Origin: Roseibacillus sp.
Lineage (GTDB): Bacteria > Verrucomicrobiota > Verrucomicrobiia > Verrucomicrobiales > Akkermansiaceae
NCBI GenBank assembly: GCA_051251855.1
Contig: JBPOGI010000004.1
Coordinates: forward strand, 396,675-460,674
DNA length: 64,000 bases
Reading direction: 5' to 3'
Shown here: positions 46,562 through 56,495 of the stretch, piece after piece
How positions within the stretch are numbered: position 1 is the first letter of the stretch
How the letters are laid out: each line of letters starts with the position of its first letter
Program-made: the position numbers and the translations under genes
The notes under the pieces: generated by a model
Database searches by the model: none
What the model was told of the DNA's origin: nothing
What the model saw: only the letters and a program-made list of their open reading frames with translations

Positions 46562-47569
46562 ATGAAAGCTGTCGCCTACCAAGCATCCCTTCCCATCTCC
46601 GACCCGAACGCCCTTCTTGATGTTGATCTTCCTGCCCCAGAAGCCACAAGTCGAAACCTTCTCGTTCGAGTAGAAGCGGTCTCTGTCAATCCTGTCGACA
46701 CCAAGATCCGGCTCCGCCAAGAACCAGCCGAAGGAAAATATGCCGTCCTCGGTTGGGACGCCGCTGGCGTCGTCGAAGCGGTCGGCTCCGGAGTCACCCT
46801 TTTCAAACCCGGTGACAAAGTTTGGTATGCCGGTGCCATTGACCGTCCTGGCTGCAACAGCGAACTTCATCTCGTTGACGAGCGTATCGTAGCCAAGATG
46901 CCAACATCACTCAGTTTCCCCGAGGCCGCCGCCCTCCCCCTGACCACCATCACCGCTTGGGAGATTCTCTTCGATCGCCTTCAGTTCAGCTCTTCCTCGA
47001 CCGGCAACCTTCTCATCATCGGAGCCGCCGGTGGAGTTGGATCCATCATGATTCAACTCGCCAAGCAACTGACGAACCTCACTGTCATCGCCACCGCTTC
47101 CCGTCCCGAAACACAACAATGGGTCCGTGACCTTGGAGCGGACCACGTGATTAACCACCGCAATGCCCTGGACCAAGAACTGAAGGCTCTCAACATTCCA
47201 ACCGTCCAAGCCATCGCCACCCTCACGAACACCGACCAACATCTCCCCGCCCTCGCCGAAGCCATCGCCCCGCAGGGAAAAATCGCCATCATCGACGATC
47301 CCGACACCCTCGACATCATGCCCTTCAAGACCAAAAGCGTCTCGTGGCACTGGGAACTCATGTTCACCCGGTCCCTCTTTCAAACGGAAGACATGGTCAA
47401 ACAACACCAACTCCTCACCAAAGCGGCCAACCTCATCGACTCCGGTAAGATTAAAACAACTCTCAACAAAACCTTCGGCACCATCAACGCACCCAACCTC
47501 CGCAGTGCTCACGAGCTCATCGAGTCCGGCCGATCTCAAGGAAAAATCGTTCTTGAAGGCTTCAAATAG
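46562..47569 (+). CDS. Zinc-binding alcohol dehydrogenase / quinone oxidoreductase family protein
   Basis: SVNPVDTK, LGWDAAG, AAALPLT.ITAWE, GAAGGVGS, WELMFTR, GKIVL. Confidence 0.93.
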   Translation: MKAVAYQASLPISDPNALLDVDLPAPEATSRNLLVRVEAVSVNPVDTKIRLRQEPAEGKYAVLGWDAAGVVEAVGSGVTLFKPGDKVWYAGAIDRPGCNSELHLVDERIVAKMPTSLSFPEAAALPLTTITAWEILFDRLQFSSSSTGNLLIIGAAGGVGSIMIQLAKQLTNLTVIATASRPETQQWVRDLGADHVINHRNALDQELKALNIPTVQAIATLTNTDQHLPALAEAIAPQGKIAIIDDPDTLDIMPFKTKSVSWHWELMFTRSLFQTEDMVKQHQLLTKAANLIDSGKIKTTLNKTFGTINAPNLRSAHELIESGRSQGKIVLEGFK

Positions 47570-47684
47570 GTTATCTGCCATCGCTCACCGAACAACCCTT
47601 GGAAATAGATCCGAGCGCTATCCTGCGTAATTTGAAGAGGATAGCCTCCTTCGGTGACGCTTCGGAAGAAAGCGCTAGGCACCC

Positions 47685-48248
47685 ATGAAACCACTCCACG
47701 GAATTCTTCTCGTCCTCATCGGACTCATTTGTATTCTCTTACTGCAACAAATCCCCCTGACGATATGGAAAGAAAAACCTTCGCTAGTAGGATTTGGAGC
47801 TAACAAAGAGGCTGTCCTAACTCCTAAAAAGCCCCTCACACGAACTCCCGAGGGCGCCTCTCGAGAAGAAGCTAAACCTCTCCAAATTGCAGAAGGCTTC
47901 AATCCTGAACGCCCCCTATTCAATCAAAATCTTCCAACGGCGGTGCAAGTCACCCCCCTGAGGTTTTCTACCCTAAAGACCGACAGCCCTTTCTACTTTT
48001 TTCATAGCAGCGAACTCAGCCTACCCCCCGAAGAACGCCTTCGACTCCAAGAAAACCTCGCGCCTTTCCTTAGCACCTTGTTCAAAGCATTCGGACACCA
48101 AGCCTTGGTCCTCGATGCCGATGCCCTTTCAACTACCCAGACCCCGATTCTCGTCTACGGAAATCAATCCCTAGACCTCACCCCATATTTAAGTAACGCC
48201 CTGCAGCAAAAGCAGAAAACAACCTCTTTAGAGGCAAAGGAGCATTGA
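47685..48248 (+). CDS. Hypothetical protein with N-terminal membrane anchor
   Basis: 187-aa ORF with a hydrophobic N-terminus. Confidence 0.6.
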   Translation: MKPLHGILLVLIGLICILLLQQIPLTIWKEKPSLVGFGANKEAVLTPKKPLTRTPEGASREEAKPLQIAEGFNPERPLFNQNLPTAVQVTPLRFSTLKTDSPFYFFHSSELSLPPEERLRLQENLAPFLSTLFKAFGHQALVLDADALSTTQTPILVYGNQSLDLTPYLSNALQQKQKTTSLEAKEH

Positions 48249-48348
48249 TTTTGCTCTCAATCTCTGGCTCCGTCTTGGCTCACAGTATAGGCACTCAAAC
48301 CACCTCTGGTTGTCAATTTTCAAGCTTCAACCTCAGAACTCCTTTCAC

Positions 48349-49062
48349 ATGAACTTTCTCAAATCCGCCCAGTCACAACTCAACTCTGACACTCTCAGCG
48401 GCCTCGCCGAACAACTGGGGATCGAGAGTTCCGTCCTGCCCCAACTCATCCAAGAAGCGCTCCCCTCTCTCTTCTCTATCGTCCACAATGCTGCCCTCGA
48501 CCCTTCCAAGTCAGCTCTTATCACCCAATACCTGACCGACACTGACGGCAGCATCTTAGAGGACCCCAACGAAATGCTTGCCGAACACGGCCCTGATCTC
48601 ACTCGCGGTGGTAAAACAGGACTTGCCAAGCTACTCGGCCCACAACTCACCGACTACATCGCTCCCCTCGCCAAATCCACCGGACTCGGCGAAGGAAAAA
48701 TCGCTTCCGCGCTCGGCACTCTGGCGCCCTTCGTCTTTGCCCTTCTCGGCCAACAGACCAAAGACGCTACCGAGCTTCAGGCCCTCCTCACCCAAGAAGA
48801 AATTCCAGCTCCCGTACCAGACTCCAAAATTCAGCACAAAGAGGAAGCGCCCCAAAAATCCTACCTCCCCGACCCCTCTAAAAAGAAAGACAAACGCCCC
48901 TTCCCCAAGCGCAAAGCCCTCCTCTTGGTCATCGCACTAGCCCTCGTGGCCGCCCTTCTCTTTTGGCTCATCGATACAGGAGTCATCCCGCTTCCCAACG
49001 CCGCCAAACCCATAATCGAGCCCAACCTTCCCGCCCCTACCACCTCCTCCCAGTCTCCATGA
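48349..49062 (+). CDS. DUF937-like protein with C-terminal TM helix
   Basis: Helical L..LLG......LAK.TGL....I..AL..LAP.V...LG pattern; TM segment ALLLVIALALVAALLFWLI. Confidence 0.7.
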   Translation: MNFLKSAQSQLNSDTLSGLAEQLGIESSVLPQLIQEALPSLFSIVHNAALDPSKSALITQYLTDTDGSILEDPNEMLAEHGPDLTRGGKTGLAKLLGPQLTDYIAPLAKSTGLGEGKIASALGTLAPFVFALLGQQTKDATELQALLTQEEIPAPVPDSKIQHKEEAPQKSYLPDPSKKKDKRPFPKRKALLLVIALALVAALLFWLIDTGVIPLPNAAKPIIEPNLPAPTTSSQSP

Positions 49063-49403
49063 AAATCACCTCAGCAAATGCCCCTTGGAGCGAGGTCTCC
49101 CACAACTCCGCCATCAAGAAGCAAGTCTTCCTCGCCAACGGAGAAGTCCCCCACATCACCCAATTCGCGCGCTCCGTTTTCCAACCCAGTCAAGTCGCTT
49201 CCGCCCACTCCCACGATGACATGTGGGAAGTCTTTTTGGTCACCAGCGGAATTTTAACAATTACCATCGACGGTATCGCTCATGAATTAGAAGCCGGAGC
49301 CAGCATCACCTTGGCTCCCAACGAGACTCATGAACTCCGCAACGATGGCAGCGAGGAACTCCACCTCACCTACTTTGGGATCGAAGGCCCTCCTCAGGAA
49401 TAA
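49059..49403 (+). CDS. Cupin domain protein
   Basis: H.H....EVF.V.SG......DG....L..G.......NETHELRN; ATGA overlap with the upstream gene. Confidence 0.9.
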   Translation: MKITSANAPWSEVSHNSAIKKQVFLANGEVPHITQFARSVFQPSQVASAHSHDDMWEVFLVTSGILTITIDGIAHELEAGASITLAPNETHELRNDGSEELHLTYFGIEGPPQE

Positions 49404-49418
49404 AAGGTCCTCACCATC

Positions 49419-49832
49419 GTGAAGATCTCACTTTCTACCATATTAGGAATCCTACTGCTTGGAGGCGCAATGGCTTTGCACTTTCTTAAAACGCAAAAAT
49501 CCGATTCTAAGACGCCGCTCCCCTCCAAATCCGAGGCGAAACAACTCTCCTCGTCGGCTCACCAGTTTGCAAAAGCTTATACAAAAAGCGAACTCTCTCT
49601 CATCCGCAGTAAAGCCAAGCCTAGTAGCCCCGTAAAAAACTTTCTAATGGCAGAAGGACTTGTCCTCGCCAGCAAAGACAAGCCGCCTGCGGAAAGAAGG
49701 AGAGCCTTGATCGAGGCGCTCTCCATTCTCCAAAATCTTAGCGACCTGACTCCGAACTGGGAATCAGAACTCGTCGAAATGCGGTCCGAACAAACCGTCA
49801 TTGCCATTCTCGATTTACAAGGGAACTTCTAA
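49419..49832 (+). CDS. Hypothetical protein with N-terminal anchor
   Basis: GTG start, hydrophobic N-terminus, helical C-terminus (PNWESELV..R). Confidence 0.65.
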   Translation: MKISLSTILGILLLGGAMALHFLKTQKSDSKTPLPSKSEAKQLSSSAHQFAKAYTKSELSLIRSKAKPSSPVKNFLMAEGLVLASKDKPPAERRRALIEALSILQNLSDLTPNWESELVEMRSEQTVIAILDLQGNF

Positions 49833-49853
49833 CTTTCGATTGCCGCAGCCTGC

Positions 49854-50120
49854 TCAGTCGCGCTGAGATTTCCCCCAGCGCCATTTAGGTGGCTCCCCCT
49901 TGAGGTAGCAAACCGCCAAGAGAAACGCGGTCAGCACAGTGACAGCCACGAGATACAGGAAGAGATGAGTGCTCGGGTTCACGATGAACGGCAAAGCCAC
50001 AATCCCCAAGAGGAAGACGGAAAGAACAGACCAACCCTGCCATCCTGAAGGAATCCCCCAACCCCAGCCATACGACTTTGCTGGAAACCAATAGGATTTT
50101 TCATTTTTAGACTCACTCAT
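49854..50120 (-). CDS. Small two-TM membrane protein
   Basis: YWFPAK.YGWGWG.P..WQGW and KGEPPKWRWG motifs. Confidence 0.8.
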   Translation of the reverse strand: MSESKNEKSYWFPAKSYGWGWGIPSGWQGWSVLSVFLLGIVALPFIVNPSTHLFLYLVAVTVLTAFLLAVCYLKGEPPKWRWGKSQRD

Positions 50121-50317
50121 ATTTCGCGAATTAACCCCTCTAGCATGCCATCCCGAAGTCACAGCAAGCAATTCCAAAAACAGCTCATCATTGCAAACGG
50201 AGGATTGGTGCCAATGGAGAATCAATCGGCGAAACGTCTCCTCCCGATAAGGTGCCCACTTGAAGAGTCACTCCTTCCCTCCTCGAATCAGGCTCCCCAT
50301 GTGCCCCTACTTGGCGA

Positions 50318-51115
50318 CTAAGACTTTAAGTTAATCGCCGCATTGGGAAGATAGGCTTGCCGAGAACTCCCCCGAATCAACTGCGCTGCTTCTTGCCGCC
50401 TCCTCTCTCTTCGTAGTCCTTTGATGAAAACAGTCATCCCGCGCCAGATCCCACGGAAGAACTCACGATCCGTCGCTCCAAAATTCTTCAAAGCCTGACC
50501 GTGGTTTATCCAGAGCACTGTCCCCGCCGCTAACCCCCGGGCTCGGAAATAGCTCTCCCAAAGCAACCCATAACTTCCCCCCGCTCCCGCCAACCGAGCT
50601 CGATGAAAGGCAATATGGCCCGCCTCATCCCGAACGATCAATTTGCACATCCCCTTGACCGCGGCATCAGGGCAATGACGCCGTAGCATCTGATAATAAA
50701 CGTGACTGGTGATCTCGGTCAGGAGAAGCGCGTATAACTCGAACTGCACTCCACCCCATTGCCGAACCTTGCAAAACAGCGAGAAGCTCCAATGCTCCGA
50801 AATAGAAGGGACATCGAACCGTTGTAAAGCATCCCCCAAGAGGCGGGAGTGCTCTTCTTCCTCCTTAAACCAGAGAGTGACTAGCTTTTCCAGATCCTCA
50901 TCCTTTCCCAAAAAATTCTTTTGGTTCCAAGAAATGAGAGAAGCAGGACCACCCCCGTCACCCAACTGAAATTGTTGGAGAGACCTCTTCAATGTCTCGA
51001 AAGCTGGGCCCTCCAACTCCAAGGGAGCCTTCCAATCAGGCTCTTCACGATGCTGTTGATTCTTCGCAAAGTGCGCCAGCCATTTTCCATAATCCATTGT
51101 GTTTCTCTTCTTCAT
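50318..51115 (-). CDS. Ferritin-like domain protein (start 51115 or 51097)
   Basis: SL.QFQLG, EE.EH..LL, E.....YY, DE.GH..F di-iron-type motifs. Confidence 0.8.
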   Translation of the reverse strand: MKKRNTMDYGKWLAHFAKNQQHREEPDWKAPLELEGPAFETLKRSLQQFQLGDGGGPASLISWNQKNFLGKDEDLEKLVTLWFKEEEEHSRLLGDALQRFDVPSISEHWSFSLFCKVRQWGGVQFELYALLLTEITSHVYYQMLRRHCPDAAVKGMCKLIVRDEAGHIAFHRARLAGAGGSYGLLWESYFRARGLAAGTVLWINHGQALKNFGATDREFFRGIWRGMTVFIKGLRRERRRQEAAQLIRGSSRQAYLPNAAINLKS

Positions 51116-51240
51116 CAGGTCCCCATGAAAGCGGCTCTTTGTGAAAACAGAGGGAAGTGAAAGTGAAAAATCGATGAACGCTGCCGCTCTCCCACTCATC
51201 CCGACTTGCCCCCAGCGGAAAAATGCGCCAAAAGCCCCGC

Positions 51241-52119
51241 ATGTTCGAAGGCACCTACACCGCTCTCATCACCCCTTTCCGCAACGGCACCGTTGACTAC
51301 GACGCTTTCCGCGCTCTCATCGACCGCCAAGCCGCAGCAGGAATCACCGGAATCGTCCCCGTCGGCACCACCGGCGAGTCCCCCACCGTCACCGCCGACG
51401 AGCATCTCGAAATCATTCGCGTTGCCATCGAGCACAACGCGGGTCGCATGCAAGTCGTGGCCGGAACCGGAGCCAACGCCACTGCCGAAGCCATTCATCT
51501 CACCAAAGCCGCCGAAGAAATGGGTGCCGACTCCTCCCTGCAAGTCTGCCCCTACTACAACAAGCCCTCGCAAGAAGGTCTCTACCAGCACTACAAGGCC
51601 GTCGCCGATTCTACCAAGCTTCCTATCATGCTCTACTCGGTGCCCGGACGTTCCACCGTCGCCATCGCACCCGAGACCGCCGCGCGCTTGGCTACCGATT
51701 GCACCAACATTCTCTCTTTAAAAGAAGCCGGCGGCTCCGTTGACCGCATCAATCAGCTCGTGCAAGCAGTGCCCGAAGGCTTCGAACTCCTTTCTGGCGA
51801 CGACCCGCTCACCGTTCCCTTCATGTCTTGTGGCGCGACCGGACTCGTCTCCGTCGCAGCCAACATTGTGCCCGAAGTGATGGTCCAGCTCGTCAACGCC
51901 TGCCTCGCCAGCGACTACAAAGAAGCACTGGCCTTACAGAAGAAGTATTACCCTCTCTTCGCGGCGCTTATGGGTCTCGACACCAACCCCGTCCCCATTA
52001 AGGCGGCAGCGGTCATGATGGGCCACTGCGCGGATGAGTTTCGACTACCCTTGGTCGGACTCAGCGAAGGTAACAGCCCAAAACTCAAGTCCGTCCTACA
52101 AGACTTCGACCTCATCTAA
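51241..52119 (+). CDS. dapA: 4-hydroxy-tetrahydrodipicolinate synthase
   Basis: ALITPF, GTTGE, PYYNKP, LY.VPGR, KEA, SGDD, NPVPIK. Confidence 0.97.
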   Translation: MFEGTYTALITPFRNGTVDYDAFRALIDRQAAAGITGIVPVGTTGESPTVTADEHLEIIRVAIEHNAGRMQVVAGTGANATAEAIHLTKAAEEMGADSSLQVCPYYNKPSQEGLYQHYKAVADSTKLPIMLYSVPGRSTVAIAPETAARLATDCTNILSLKEAGGSVDRINQLVQAVPEGFELLSGDDPLTVPFMSCGATGLVSVAANIVPEVMVQLVNACLASDYKEALALQKKYYPLFAALMGLDTNPVPIKAAAVMMGHCADEFRLPLVGLSEGNSPKLKSVLQDFDLI

Positions 52120-52120
52120 C

Positions 52121-52299
52121 GGAGGGGCGACCTTTATTGTCGCCCACCACTGCCTCGTTCCTACCAGCATCCGGCGGCAATAAAAGCCGCCGCTCCATCA
52201 GGTCTATAACTCCTTCGTCTCCTCGGAGGGGCGACTTTTACTGTCGCCCGCCACTGCCTCGTCCTACCAGCATCCGGCGGCAATAAAAGCCGCCACTAC
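52121..52299. repeat. Two tandem REP-like doublets (same family as 5013-5082)
   Basis: Units at 52121-52196 and 52225-52299: GGAGGGGCGACYTTTAYTGTCGCC-spacer-GGCGGCAATAAAAGCCGCC(GCTCC/ACTAC). Confidence 0.88.
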
Positions 52300-52313
52300 A
52301 TCTCGTCCATAAC

Positions 52314-52347
52314 AAAAAAGCGCCTCGGTTTCCCGAGACGCTTTTTG
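52314..52347. terminator. Bidirectional intrinsic terminator between dapA and rpsA
   Basis: AAAAAAGCGCCTCGGTTTCCCGAGACGCTTTTT. Confidence 0.8.
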
Positions 52348-52369
52348 AAAATTAAATTCGAGCAGAAGC

Positions 52370-54094
52370 TTACTTGGCGTCGTCTTCGCTTGGGCTCCAC
52401 TCTTCCGTTTCCGGAGTTGAGGAAGAAGCGAGGTTGAAGGCCTGCTCGAGTCCCACAAGGTCGCCGGCTGGGCGGAGGGTCTCGAAGCTCTGGCTTTCTT
52501 TCTCGAGTTGGTCGTCGGTGTAGGCAACCGCCTTGATGGAAAGTCCAACCCGACGCTCGATTTTGTCGACCTTGATAACGCGGGCTTCCACTTCGTCGCC
52601 GACCTTGATGACGTCCTTAACACGCTCCACGTGCTCTTCGCTGAGCTGGGAGATGTGGATGAGTCCGTCGATGTCGCCGTCGAGGCTGACGAAGGCTCCG
52701 AAGCTCGCAATCTTGGCAACAGTGCCTTTGACCACGTCGCCGACCTTGAACTTGCCGTCGATGTCGGACCAAGGGTCGTTGTCGAGCTGCTTCATGCCCA
52801 TGGACACACGCTGGTTCTCTTTGTCGATGCTGAGAACAACCGCTTCCACTTCGTCGCCCTTCTTGAGGATTTCGGAGGGGTGGTTGATCTTGCGGGTCCA
52901 AGAAAGGTCGGACACGTGAATCATGCCATCGATACCCTCTTCGAGGCCCATGAAGGCACCGTAGGCAGTGAGGTTGCGGATTTCTCCTTTGACCTGCTTG
53001 CCGATGGGGTAGCGGGCTTCGATCTCGTCCCATGGATTCTCTTCCAACTGACGGACACCGAGGGAAATCTTCTGCTCGTCTTCGCTGATGCCAAGGACAA
53101 CTGCCTTGAGCTCCTGTTCGAGTTCGAGGACATCGCTCGGGCGAGTGATGCGCTTGACCCAAGAAAGCTCGGAGACGTGCACGAGTCCTTCGACTCCTTT
53201 TTCGATTTCGACGAACGCTCCGTATGGGAGAAGCTTGGTAACCTTTCCAGAAACCTCGGCTCCGATAGGGAACTTGGCTTGGATGTCGGCCCAGGGGTTG
53301 TCGCTCATCTGCTTGAGACCGAGGGAAACACGCTCTTTTTCGCGGTCCACTTCGAGAATCTGGACATCGACCTCTTGGCCAATGCGGAGAAGCTCGGATG
53401 GGTGCGCGATGCGGCCCCAGCTCATGTCGGTGATGTGAAGAAGTCCGTCCATGCCCTCGAGGTCGACGAACGCACCGAAGTCGGTGAGGTTCTTGACCTG
53501 TCCAGTGACCTTGTCGCCCACGGCAACAGTCTGGAGGAACTTCTGGCGGCGCTCGGAGCGCTCAGCCTCGATCACTTCACGACGGGAAAGAACGATGTTC
53601 TTGCGGTCGTCGTTGACCTTCACGATTTTGAATTCGTAGATGTTGCCCACGTATTCGGAAAGATCCTTGGGAGGAATGATGTCGACCTGTGAACCAGGAA
53701 GGAACGCTTCCACACCCACGTTGACCATGAGTCCGCCTTTGACAGCCGACTTGACTTTGCCTCGCACGAGACCGCCTTCTTCGAACACGGCGACAATCTT
53801 GTCCCAGTTCTGCTTGTGAGCGGCTTTCTCCTTGGAAAGGACGATCATTCCGTCGTCGTCCTCGAGCTTTTCCAATAAAATTTCAACTTCGTCGCCGACT
53901 TCGATTTCTTCGTCTTCGAATTCTGCAACAGGGACAACGCCCTCTGATTTGTAGCCGATATCGACGATGACCACCTGGGGTCGGATATCGAGAATGGTTC
54001 CGTTAACGATTGATCCTTCGCGGAATTCACGGAATTCGGCATCGATTAGGGCCGACAACTCTTCGTTGGTGACCGGTTTGAGTTCTGCACTCAT
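52370..54094 (-). CDS. rpsA: 30S ribosomal protein S1
   Basis: Six S1 domains (DIGYKSEG, AFLPGSQ, FGAFV...DGL.H....SW repeats). Confidence 0.98.
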   Translation of the reverse strand: MSAELKPVTNEELSALIDAEFREFREGSIVNGTILDIRPQVVIVDIGYKSEGVVPVAEFEDEEIEVGDEVEILLEKLEDDDGMIVLSKEKAAHKQNWDKIVAVFEEGGLVRGKVKSAVKGGLMVNVGVEAFLPGSQVDIIPPKDLSEYVGNIYEFKIVKVNDDRKNIVLSRREVIEAERSERRQKFLQTVAVGDKVTGQVKNLTDFGAFVDLEGMDGLLHITDMSWGRIAHPSELLRIGQEVDVQILEVDREKERVSLGLKQMSDNPWADIQAKFPIGAEVSGKVTKLLPYGAFVEIEKGVEGLVHVSELSWVKRITRPSDVLELEQELKAVVLGISEDEQKISLGVRQLEENPWDEIEARYPIGKQVKGEIRNLTAYGAFMGLEEGIDGMIHVSDLSWTRKINHPSEILKKGDEVEAVVLSIDKENQRVSMGMKQLDNDPWSDIDGKFKVGDVVKGTVAKIASFGAFVSLDGDIDGLIHISQLSEEHVERVKDVIKVGDEVEARVIKVDKIERRVGLSIKAVAYTDDQLEKESQSFETLRPAGDLVGLEQAFNLASSSTPETEEWSPSEDDAK

Positions 54095-54229
54095 ATTTTG
54101 GTTATGTAGGTTAAGGTTAGGTTCCTTGGTTTATGATTCTATCCGGCAATTGCCCCAGAAAACGTCGACCTACCGGGGCTCCAACCAGTCGACATCCCGA
54201 ATGAGAAAAAAATCCCGCCACGCTGAGAG

Positions 54230-54303
<74 letters not shown>

Positions 54304-54326
54304 ATTCTCAGCGCGGCGGGAGGCGG

Positions 54327-54354
54327 AAAATAGAGAAATCCCCTGCCATGTCAA
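54327..54354 (-). promoter_or_regulatory. Putative sigma70 promoter of tRNA-Arg/rpsA
   Basis: TTGACA-N16-TATTTT followed by a GC-rich discriminator (CCGCCTCCCGCCGCGC). Confidence 0.5.
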
Positions 54355-54534
54355 GCATACGGGGAAAAATTATCACGTTTTTGGCAAGGCGGCTGAATCG
54401 GTTCGAGGAGCGCCTTATAAGCTTAAGAACTACCCCTGAATCCTTGGAAAAACAAAAGATTCCCCCTTGATTCCCTAAAATCCCCCCCGAAGTCCAGCGC
54501 TGACTCCTATCTCTCAGATATTCGCAGTGTATCA

Positions 54535-54996
54535 CTACTCGCCCGCCTTGCCTGCGGTGAAACAATTCAGAAACTTGGGAAGTGAAATCTTGAGCTGAAA
54601 CAACGCGATAATGATGAGCACGAAAGCAATCACTACGAGCATCATCGCAGGTTGAACCCTTACGAAGAATTCGATGTAGAGCCCCGCTGCCATTGTTGCC
54701 AAGGTCATCAAATATCCAACCACAGTAAGGAGCATCCGAGGCCGCGCCAGCAAGAGTGCGCCAGAAAGAACCAAGGCAAGAGCGAGTTCAGTTACTCCTG
54801 TAAAGATACGAAAGCCATCAGGATTGAGACCAAGGAGCGGACTGAACTGATTGAATCCCTTCACGCTGATCGGGCTGCCTAAAATCTTCGGCAACGCAAA
54901 ATAGACGAATGTAGCGATCACCACCCCTCCCAAAATCCAGTTCCGTATCGAGCGATCAGGATCTAAAACAAGAACAGGCAACACTTTGTCTTTCAT
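54535..54996 (-). CDS. DoxX-like membrane protein
   Basis: Four TM helices; PK..G......F......G....FR..TG..EL motif. Confidence 0.7.
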   Translation of the reverse strand: MKDKVLPVLVLDPDRSIRNWILGGVVIATFVYFALPKILGSPISVKGFNQFSPLLGLNPDGFRIFTGVTELALALVLSGALLLARPRMLLTVVGYLMTLATMAAGLYIEFFVRVQPAMMLVVIAFVLIIIALFQLKISLPKFLNCFTAGKAGE

Positions 54997-55085
54997 GGTG
55001 ATTGAGAGCGTTCTCCAGCCTAAGTATTCCCGTCCCTTTTAAATAAAAGGTATCAGTCAGGCCCAAAAGCACCCATAGCGATGCC

Positions 55086-56015
55086 ATGCCAGCGCGCACG
55101 GAACATCACTGGACTCGGGTACTTCCCCCCATGCTGGTCTGCGCTCTACTCTGGGGGAGTGCTTTTCCATGCATCAAACTTGTCTATCAAGAGTGGAAAG
55201 ATGCAGGTATCGAAGCCAGCCTCACCGACCTTTGGTGGTTTGCAGGTGTTCGCTTCACCATTGCCGGGGCGGCTCTCCTTTTACTTTCAAAGCAACCACT
55301 CAAAGACCTACGCGCTTCTCCCCCCAAACTACTTGCGATCTTCACTCTCACTCAGACCACGGGGCAGTATCTTTTCTTCTACTTTGCACTTAGCCTAGCA
55401 ACCGGCAGTTTGACCAGCCTCGTTGTCTCCACTGGTTCATTCTGGTGGCTGCTCTTAGCCCCCCTTATCCTCAAAACACCGTGGCCTAGTCGTCGGCAAT
55501 TGTTGGCCATCGTCGTCGGAGCGGTGGGAGTGTCGATCGCAACCTACAACCCAGGATCGAAGGACCCAGGATCTATCCTAGGAGTTCTCTGCATGTTGGC
55601 TGCCACCCTCTTGGGCGCTTTGGGCGTGATCACGTTTTCCAAATTGAAACCCACCATCGGACCACGCGCTGGCACGGGATTCTCGCTCTTCGCTGGCGGA
55701 CTGCTCCTCTTGTTGATTGGTGCAGCCTCCTTTGCAGATGCATCGGTCCTACTCACACCCAAAATCATCGTTCTCACCCTCTGGTTGGCATTTGTATCGG
55801 CTGCAGCCTTTAGCCTCTGGAATCACCTCTCTACCCTCCATCCCGTAAACCTTTTGGCGAGCTACCGCTTCCTCATACCCGTATGCGGAATCATCGAATC
55901 GCTACTCTTTATCCCAGGCGAAAAAGCAACCCCAGGACTCTTTCTTGGAGGAATTCTCGTCGTAGCCTCACTGCTTGCCGCGCAGTTGTTGTCTCAACCT
56001 GAAAAGATAAGATAA
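55086..56015 (+). CDS. DMT/EamA family transporter
   Basis: LWGSAFP.IK, FAGVRF..AG, about 10 TM helices, SA.AF.LW. Confidence 0.9.
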   Translation: MPARTEHHWTRVLPPMLVCALLWGSAFPCIKLVYQEWKDAGIEASLTDLWWFAGVRFTIAGAALLLLSKQPLKDLRASPPKLLAIFTLTQTTGQYLFFYFALSLATGSLTSLVVSTGSFWWLLLAPLILKTPWPSRRQLLAIVVGAVGVSIATYNPGSKDPGSILGVLCMLAATLLGALGVITFSKLKPTIGPRAGTGFSLFAGGLLLLLIGAASFADASVLLTPKIIVLTLWLAFVSAAAFSLWNHLSTLHPVNLLASYRFLIPVCGIIESLLFIPGEKATPGLFLGGILVVASLLAAQLLSQPEKIR

Positions 56016-56098
56016 GACGGATAGAATGCCTAGGGCATGCCTGCATTCCCCATTCCGGAAACAAAAGTTCCCGTTCAGTCCCCAGAAAATCCCTGAGC

Positions 56099-56314
56099 TT
56101 AATCCTGTTCCTGACCGTCGTTGGTTGCCTTGATATCACTCAAAGCCGCAATGAAGTCACCGAGTATTTCGGCAGGCACCATGATGGTGTCGCGGTTACC
56201 CCCGACATCTTCGGTAATTTTCACCACTCGTCCCCGCGCATTCTCTTTCAAGTCCAAGAAGAAGGTCTTCCGATCGGCGAGAATCTTTTCCGTATGCAAT
56301 AAGTCGCTGTCCAC
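56099..56314 (-). CDS. Bacterial PUR-alpha-like (DUF3276) nucleic-acid-binding protein
   Basis: RKTFFLDLKEN.RG..VKITE.......IMVP. Confidence 0.85.
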   Translation of the reverse strand: MDSDLLHTEKILADRKTFFLDLKENARGRVVKITEDVGGNRDTIMVPAEILGDFIAALSDIKATNDGQEQD

Positions 56315-56495
56315 TGTTCTTTCCCTAAGTTAGTAAGAAAAGAATGACGCACGAGGCCCGAAGGTCAAGGTTTGAGTGAGTCGCACATCAAGATGGACCA
56401 AGCTCGAACCCTGCATTCCCACTTCCGTCCTCTTCTGAGCACCCCTCCGTGCCCAAACCTTTACCTTAAGCGCTTTCGACTCTATATCCTTCAAG

